Origin: Alphaproteobacteria bacterium | GTDB lineage: Bacteria > Pseudomonadota > Alphaproteobacteria > UBA9219 | Assembly (NCBI GenBank): GCA_031291395.1 | Contig: JARLJD010000109.1 | Span: forward strand, 8,294-72,293 | Reading direction: 5' to 3' | DNA: 64,000 nucleotides | Translations under genes and position numbers: made by a program | Notes under the pieces: generated by a model | Database searches by the model: none | What the model was told of the DNA's origin: nothing | Seen by the model: only the letters and a program-made list of their open reading frames with translations | Part shown: positions 59,060 to 64,000 of the stretch, piece after piece | How the letters are laid out: the number at the start of each line of letters is the position of its first letter | Position numbering within the stretch: the first letter of the stretch is position 1

Positions 59060-59832
59060 GGGGAGCCGATCAACTGATAAAAAACGCACAAAGCCAGTGA
59101 CAGGCACAAGGCGGGGGCGAAGGGGAATTGTTTGTCATCGCTAATGCGGCGCCAGATCAGGTTAAACAAAACGCCGATAAAGCCTCCGAGCGCCAGAAAC
59201 CACGGCGCGGTGTGAAGGTGAAGCCACATCCCTGCCGCGGCGAACAGCTTAACGTCGCCCAGCCCCAACATTTCGCGCCCGCGCCATTTGCTGTAAACGA
59301 TCGCGAAGAACAGGCCGAGCGCGAGCAACGCGCCGGATGCGACCAGCCCGAAGAAAAAATCGTCGCCGCGGAAAAGAACGAAGAGGAAACCAAAAACTCC
59401 TAAGAGAAAATTCAGCCCGTCGGGAATAATGCCGAAATAAAAATCGATCAGCGCAATCGCGGGCAGCAAACCGATCCCCAAACACAAAGGCAACGCCGCC
59501 CACGACCAGTCCTGAAGATACATAGCAAGCCCGCCAAGCGCAAAGCCCACAAGCTCGCAAACCGGTTGTTGCCACACCCCTGTGCGCTGACCGCAAGGGC
59601 AGGGGAAGGACAATGTATCGGGACGCAATAGCCAGCCGATAAGCGGCGAAAGCTCTTGCCATGTATGCGGGCGCGAACAATAAACGCATTGCGGCCTGCG
59701 GCTTTCCCCGGGCAACCGATCTGCGCTGCGCCAACCAAACGCCATAGCCAAACTAGCCCCAATCAACCCCAACCCACCCCCGGCCAGAAGATGCAGGAGA
59801 TTGGCGATGATATGGTGGTTGTGGTGATGCAT
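59056..59832 (-). CDS. type IV prepilin peptidase (A24 family, PilD-like)
   Basis: N-terminal Cys tetrad CVYCSRP...CPCG, and the catalytic Asp motifs IDFYFGIIPD and GLGDVKL. The stop overlaps murJ by 4 nt. Confidence 0.7.
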   Translation of the reverse strand: MHHHNHHIIANLLHLLAGGGLGLIGASLAMAFGWRSADRLPGESRRPQCVYCSRPHTWQELSPLIGWLLRPDTLSFPCPCGQRTGVWQQPVCELVGFALGGLAMYLQDWSWAALPLCLGIGLLPAIALIDFYFGIIPDGLNFLLGVFGFLFVLFRGDDFFFGLVASGALLALGLFFAIVYSKWRGREMLGLGDVKLFAAAGMWLHLHTAPWFLALGGFIGVLFNLIWRRISDDKQFPFAPALCLSLALCVFYQLIGSP

Positions 59833-60099
59833 GAGACGGGGAAGGTTAGGGGGCGGGAGAATGTTATCAGATATTTTGGGGGGAATGGAAAGATGAAAGA
59901 AGGAGTCTTTTTTGCGGCCTAAATTATGGATTCTTTGTCTCCTAGAAAACCAGAAAAATAGAGACATTGCCATTCCGGAAAATTCTGCGCTCTAACCGAT
60001 TTTGTAAGTCAAAATTGGCTGTTGAGGCGCAAAAATTATCCGGAATCCTATTTATTTGCATTTTTTTCTTTTTCAGGTTCTCAAGGAAACGAGGTGGAG

Positions 60100-60137
60100 A
60101 AAGAAAAAAGGCTCGAAGGTGAAAATGCCTTCGAGCC
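60100..60137 (-). terminator. rho-independent terminator for the 60155-60920 gene pair
   Basis: Minus strand reads GGCTCGAAGGCATTTTCACCTTCGAGCC followed by TTTTTTCTTTC. Confidence 0.65.
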
Positions 60138-60154
60138 GGAGGTTTATTGCGTGT

Positions 60155-60472
60155 TTATCCGGAGATCATTGGACCTTTGGCGTCGGGAACAATTGCGCGG
60201 ACTTTCCGAGTGTTTTCGGAACGATGTGGTGCTTTAGGGTAGCTGTCTGCGGCCAGAGTGGGCGCGTTTCCTTTTGGGGTTAACGGCGTTGCCGCCCCGA
60301 ACAATTCTTCAAGCCGTGAGATTTGCTGTATGTATGGATTAGGGAGTTTTCCGAATAATGAGCTAACCCCGTAGTCCTTGGCGTACATTTTTTGAAGCGC
60401 TCGCATCGAAGCATAATTTCTTCGAGAAACGCGGGACAATTGTTCCACGGAAATTTCCGGCTTATTCTGCAT
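60155..60472 (-). CDS. hypothetical basic protein, 105 aa
   Basis: AT-rich. It overlaps the upstream ORF by 11 nt. Confidence 0.4.
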   Translation of the reverse strand: MQNKPEISVEQLSRVSRRNYASMRALQKMYAKDYGVSSLFGKLPNPYIQQISRLEELFGAATPLTPKGNAPTLAADSYPKAPHRSENTRKVRAIVPDAKGPMISG

Positions 60473-60869
60473 GATCGTCCTCCAAAGATAAGATTAAATT
60501 TTCTGCTCTTTTAACGTGAAGCGGCACATCTTCTTCGCTAAGGCTTATTTGATTTTCATCGGCGGGTGAAAAATAGGCGTCATATATTTCGCGTAAGGCT
60601 TTCAGCTTCGGGGCGTCTTGTTCCTGTTCTTCCTTGTTGCGCGTCAGAAGAATGCGATCCATCTCGTCCAACTGTTCATAGACGTGTTTCCTTAGTTCCT
60701 TATGCACAGCCCTCTCGATCTTCAAATCCTCCCAATCCTTCATAATCTTATAAATAGTGTTCTTAACAACCGGCCAATGGTCGCCCTCGCCCATTTCATG
60801 ACCCGCGACGAGGAGGGCGTTGCGGACGAGGCGCACCATTTGTTCTTCGGCGATGTCGACTTCTGTCAT
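60462..60869 (-). CDS. hypothetical acidic protein, about 135 aa
   Basis: AT-rich. The start is set at the internal Met (MTEVDIAEEQ); the longer ORF begins in an upstream hydrophobic stretch. Confidence 0.4.
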   Translation of the reverse strand: MTEVDIAEEQMVRLVRNALLVAGHEMGEGDHWPVVKNTIYKIMKDWEDLKIERAVHKELRKHVYEQLDEMDRILLTRNKEEQEQDAPKLKALREIYDAYFSPADENQISLSEEDVPLHVKRAENLILSLEDDHAE

Positions 60870-61120
60870 GGTTTTCTCCACGCCTTTATCGTACCACGCA
60901 AAGGCGAAAGTAATTAGCAAAAAACGCCTGTGGCACAGTCGTTTCTTAGCATTTTTGTGTTTAAGGAACGCTTAATATCGTATGGCTTTTTAGAGAATAT
61001 TTTGGGGGAACGCCTGCGGAATTAACGTAAAATTACTTTCACAGAAGATGCGGGGTTTTGTTAACGGATTGTTTGCTTTATATTCCGAATATTCCGACCA
61101 ATATTAAATAGCTCTTGTTC

Positions 61121-61188
61121 GTAGGAGCGGCTTCCAGCCGCGACCCTTTGTTCTTACGTCAACAGTCGCGGCTGGAAGCCGCTCCTAC
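61121..61188. repeat. repeat family B, perfect palindrome
   Basis: cttgttcgtaggagcggcttccagccgcgac ... gtcgcggctggaagccgctcctacgaacaag. A half copy lies at 30288-30315. Confidence 0.7.
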
Positions 61189-61202
61189 GAACAAGCGCAA
61201 AA

Positions 61203-62075
61203 TTAAGGCGTTTTCCACTGATTCCGAAACCACGTCATTTGCCGCTTGGCATAATTGCGGGTCATTTGCTGGGCTTTGGCGATAGCGGCGTCCAAGCTGA
61301 TTTCGCCGCGTAGAAAGGCCGCTATTTCGCGCACGCCCAAAATTTTCATCGCGGGCAGGGCAGGGGGCAGATCAAGCGAGAGCAGCCGCTTGACTTCGTC
61401 GATTGCGCCGCGTTCGATCATCGTTAGGAAACGTCTGTCGCAAGCGGCATAAAGTTCGTCGCGCGACGGGAGAATAAGGTGGCGTTCGGCTTCAAATTCT
61501 TTCCCTGAATCCTGATCGCTGATCCCAGATGCCTCCTTTTGCCAGTAGCTCAGCGATTTCCCCGTGTGCATGACGACTTCATAAGCGCGGATCAGCCTTT
61601 GGCGGTCGTTGCGGGCGATGCGAGTCGCGCTTTGAGGGTCGCGCAGGGCAAGTTCGGCGCGAAAATTTTCTTCGCCCAGCGCGTCGTATAATTTTGCGGC
61701 CTCAATACGCGCGCTGTCGGGAATAGGGGGAATGTCGGCAAGGCCGCCAAGAAAAGCGGCGAAATAAAGTCCCGTGCCGCCGACAAGAATAGGCGTTTGT
61801 CTTGCATTTACGGCCTTCGCCATTGCGTTTTTGGCCTCTTGCAGCCATTTGCCGACCGAGAAGGCGTCGCTTGCGCAAACGGTTCCGTAAAGACAATGGG
61901 GAATTTCGGCGCGATCTTCGGCCTCCGGCTGCGCGGTCAAGATAGGCATTCCGGCATAGATCTGCATCGCATCGGCATTGATGATGCACCCGTTCCTCTC
62001 CCGCGCCAGCCGCATCGCCATCGCGGATTTTCCGGAGGCCGTCGGCCCGCCGATAAGAATTACAGAAGATGCCAT
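61203..62075 (-). CDS. miaA: tRNA dimethylallyltransferase
   Basis: P-loop GPTASGKS at the N-terminus plus MiaA-family conservation. Confidence 0.85.
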   Translation of the reverse strand: MASSVILIGGPTASGKSAMAMRLARERNGCIINADAMQIYAGMPILTAQPEAEDRAEIPHCLYGTVCASDAFSVGKWLQEAKNAMAKAVNARQTPILVGGTGLYFAAFLGGLADIPPIPDSARIEAAKLYDALGEENFRAELALRDPQSATRIARNDRQRLIRAYEVVMHTGKSLSYWQKEASGISDQDSGKEFEAERHLILPSRDELYAACDRRFLTMIERGAIDEVKRLLSLDLPPALPAMKILGVREIAAFLRGEISLDAAIAKAQQMTRNYAKRQMTWFRNQWKTP

Positions 62076-62152
62076 TTTTATCTTTCTTTCGCCTTTATTC
62101 TCGTTTCTTATACTGTGACTTGAAGTGATTTTAAACTAAACTTGCCACAGAA

Positions 62153-62335
62153 ACGGCGGAATCCCCTCCCCCTCGCGGGGAGGGTTAGGGAGGGGGGAGA
62201 GCGACTGGGAAAGGCGGTTGGGAATGAGGAACGATCTTGCTGCAAGATTTCTTATAATTCCAAATTTGGTCTCTTGCGGAACTCCCCCCTCCCTAACCCT
62301 CCCCGCGAGGGGGAGGGGATTCTACCGCCCTTGCG
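62153..62335. repeat. MITE-like repeat family A, full-length
   Basis: aacggcggaatcccctccccctcgcggggagggttagggagggggg ... cccccctccctaaccctccccgcgagggggaggggattctaccg. Confidence 0.75.
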
Positions 62336-62408
62336 GCACTGCTTCTTTCGCTTATAAAAGAGGCTCATTTATTCTCTCAGATGCCTAACCCCTAACCCCC
62401 GCCTTCCA

Positions 62409-62975
62409 ATGTCGCCACCCCTCATCCTCCCCTTCCACGGCATCCTGCCAAAAATCCACCCCACGGCCTTTATCGCGCCCGGGGCCGTCATTATCGGCGA
62501 TGTCGAGATCGGCGAAGATAGTTCGATCTGGTTCGGGTGCGTCATTCGCGGCGACGTGAATAAAATCCGCATCGGCGCGCGCACGAACATTCAGGACGGC
62601 ACCGTCATTCATGTGGCGGGCGCAGAAGAATCCACGCTTGCGAGCACGCCGCCCGCGCAGGGAAGCGCCGCGCTTATCGGCGACGACGTGACCGTCGGCC
62701 ATATGGCTTTGCTGCACGCTTGTACGGTCGAGAGCCATAGTTTTGTCGGCATGAAAGCCGTTGTTATGGACGGGGCGACGATCAAGAGCGGCGGCATGCT
62801 GGCGGCGGGCGCTTTGCTGACCGCGGGCAAGACGGTGGCGTCGGGGGAGATATGGGCGGGCAATCCGGCAAAATTCTGGCGTAAATTGACTGAGGCGGAT
62901 TCCGCGCAGTTCAATGCACGCGCCGGGCAATACGCGCAGTTGGCGCGGGAATATCGGAAAGAGAATAAAATATGA
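62409..62975 (+). CDS. gamma-class carbonic anhydrase family / hexapeptide-repeat protein (YrdA/PaaY-like)
   Basis: A left-handed beta-helix with hexapeptide repeats and the His ligand pattern (IRGDVNKIRIGARTNIQDGTVIH). Confidence 0.7.
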   Translation: MSPPLILPFHGILPKIHPTAFIAPGAVIIGDVEIGEDSSIWFGCVIRGDVNKIRIGARTNIQDGTVIHVAGAEESTLASTPPAQGSAALIGDDVTVGHMALLHACTVESHSFVGMKAVVMDGATIKSGGMLAAGALLTAGKTVASGEIWAGNPAKFWRKLTEADSAQFNARAGQYAQLAREYRKENKI

Positions 62976-63781
62976 CAGCGTCCCTTATCCCTTCGCCACG
63001 TCCGCGCTTCATCGGCTTCGTCAACTGGCTCGGCTTGGGAACATTGATCGCCAAGGAAATTGAGCGATTCTTGGGAGTCTATACCACGACGATCCTCGCC
63101 CCCGTCGTCACGACTTTGCTGTACTTTACCGTCTTCGCCTTTGCGTTCGGCGGCAGCCTGCGCAGCGTTGGCGCCGTTCCTTTTCTGGCGTTTCTCGCGC
63201 CCGGCCTTGTCATGATGTCGATGGCGCAGAACGCCTTCATTAATACGTCAAGTTCGCTGGTCATTTCAAAGATTCAGGGCAATATCGTCGATGTGTTGAT
63301 GCCGCCCTTGTCGTCGTTTGAATTAATGGCGGGCTATGCCTTGGGCGGCCTCGCGCGCGGGCTTGTGGTGGGGGCGGTCTCTGTCGCTTGTCTGGCATTC
63401 CTCGCGCCTATGGCCGTTCACAGCCTTTTCTTTATCCTTTATCACGCGATCATGGGATCGATGATGCTGGCGCTTGTCGGGATCATGGGCGGCTTGTGGT
63501 CGGAGAAATGGGATCATTTGGCGGCGGTGCAAAACTTTATCGTCCTGCCCGCGACGTTTTTGTCCGGCACTTTCTACTCCATCAACCTTTTGCCGCAAAG
63601 CTGGCAGTTTTTGTGTCGCCTCAACCCGTTTTTCTATATGATCGACGGATTCCGCTTCGGCTTTATCGGTGTGGCCGACGGAAACCTGCTGATCGGATTG
63701 CTGGTGATGTTCGAGATAAATCTTGTGTTGCTTTGGGCGGCGCACAGCTTAATTGCTGGCGGTTACAAACTGAAGGCGTAA
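62972..63781 (+). CDS. ABC-2 family transporter permease
   Basis: 269 aa with six TM helices. The ABC-2 signature region includes FNPF. Confidence 0.6.
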   Translation: MTASLIPSPRPRFIGFVNWLGLGTLIAKEIERFLGVYTTTILAPVVTTLLYFTVFAFAFGGSLRSVGAVPFLAFLAPGLVMMSMAQNAFINTSSSLVISKIQGNIVDVLMPPLSSFELMAGYALGGLARGLVVGAVSVACLAFLAPMAVHSLFFILYHAIMGSMMLALVGIMGGLWSEKWDHLAAVQNFIVLPATFLSGTFYSINLLPQSWQFLCRLNPFFYMIDGFRFGFIGVADGNLLIGLLVMFEINLVLLWAAHSLIAGGYKLKA

Positions 63782-63785
63782 AAAT

Positions 63786-64000
63786 ATGAAAAAATATGGC
63801 ATCCTCCTCGCGCTTTTTCTGGCCTTGGCGGCCTGCGCCGACAGCGATAAATCTCCGGCTAAGGATCAACCTGCCATGCCAGAGATCAAAACCGACAATT
63901 TGATCTGTCCGCAGGTCGCCATTTTGCAGGAGGCTCAAGAAACGTTCGATTATGGCGGCGAGAAGCCCGACCCCGCGCAACTAATCGCCAAGGCGCGGCT
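63786..64000 (+). CDS. lipoprotein, 5' partial (truncated by the window end)
   Basis: MKKYGILLALFLALAACADSD has a lipobox LAAC. It is absent from the ORF track because no stop codon falls inside the window. Confidence 0.4.
   Translation, partial: MKKYGILLALFLALAACADSDKSPAKDQPAMPEIKTDNLICPQVAILQEAQETFDYGGEKPDPAQLIAKAR

Noticed and set aside
1190-62335. Possible CRISPR array suggested by the recurring G-rich GGGAGGG repeats
   Set aside because: The copies are dispersed across the window rather than regularly spaced with unique spacers. Each is a self-complementary hairpin with inverted termini, so this is MITE/REP-like architecture. No cas genes were seen.

Overview
This 64-kb window looks like a chromosomal segment from a moderately GC-rich, alphaproteobacterium-like genome. 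The closest named matches are a Caulobacter-type fliF operon, a bifunctional IspDF and a class II DAHP synthase. Gene density is high and mostly housekeeping: a class II flagellar operon (fliF-fliG-fliH/flbE-fliN-xre-flbD, minus strand), aroC, fabI, ispDF, uppP, lysine biosynthesis genes (dapA, lysA, dapB, dapL), purQ, efp, suhB, hemB, miaA, mnmA, murJ, rodA/ftsW and an ompA-like gene. There is a glycosyltransferase cluster, a PmrAB-like two-component system next to an ArnT-like membrane glycosyltransferase, tRNA-Asp, tRNA-Arg and an RNase P RNA (rnpB) that the ORF track misses.

Three families of MITE-like palindromic repeats occupy many intergenic sites. Family A copies flank fliN on both sides, and one copy lies in-frame inside a tandem D-Ala-D-Ala-ligase-like double ORF. 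Several AT-rich islets carry uncharacterised genes. The most suspicious is next to tRNA-Arg and a secreted PLD-family nuclease: an XRE-HTH fusion protein followed by a 314-aa unknown protein, a candidate novel toxin-antitoxin or defence-like module. Two further overlapping small-gene pairs, a DinD/Bro-N-like protein, a tRNA-Ala/tmRNA-like 3' fragment that may be an attachment-site remnant, and a 900-aa HAMP coiled-coil protein with near-perfect tandem DNA repeats also deserve a second look.

No CRISPR array and no integrase or transposase gene was seen. All calls rest on motif recognition by eye and the supplied ORF track. One locus (32231) showed a 1-nt inconsistency between my reading of the sequence lines and the ORF track, so coordinates may be off by ±1 there.
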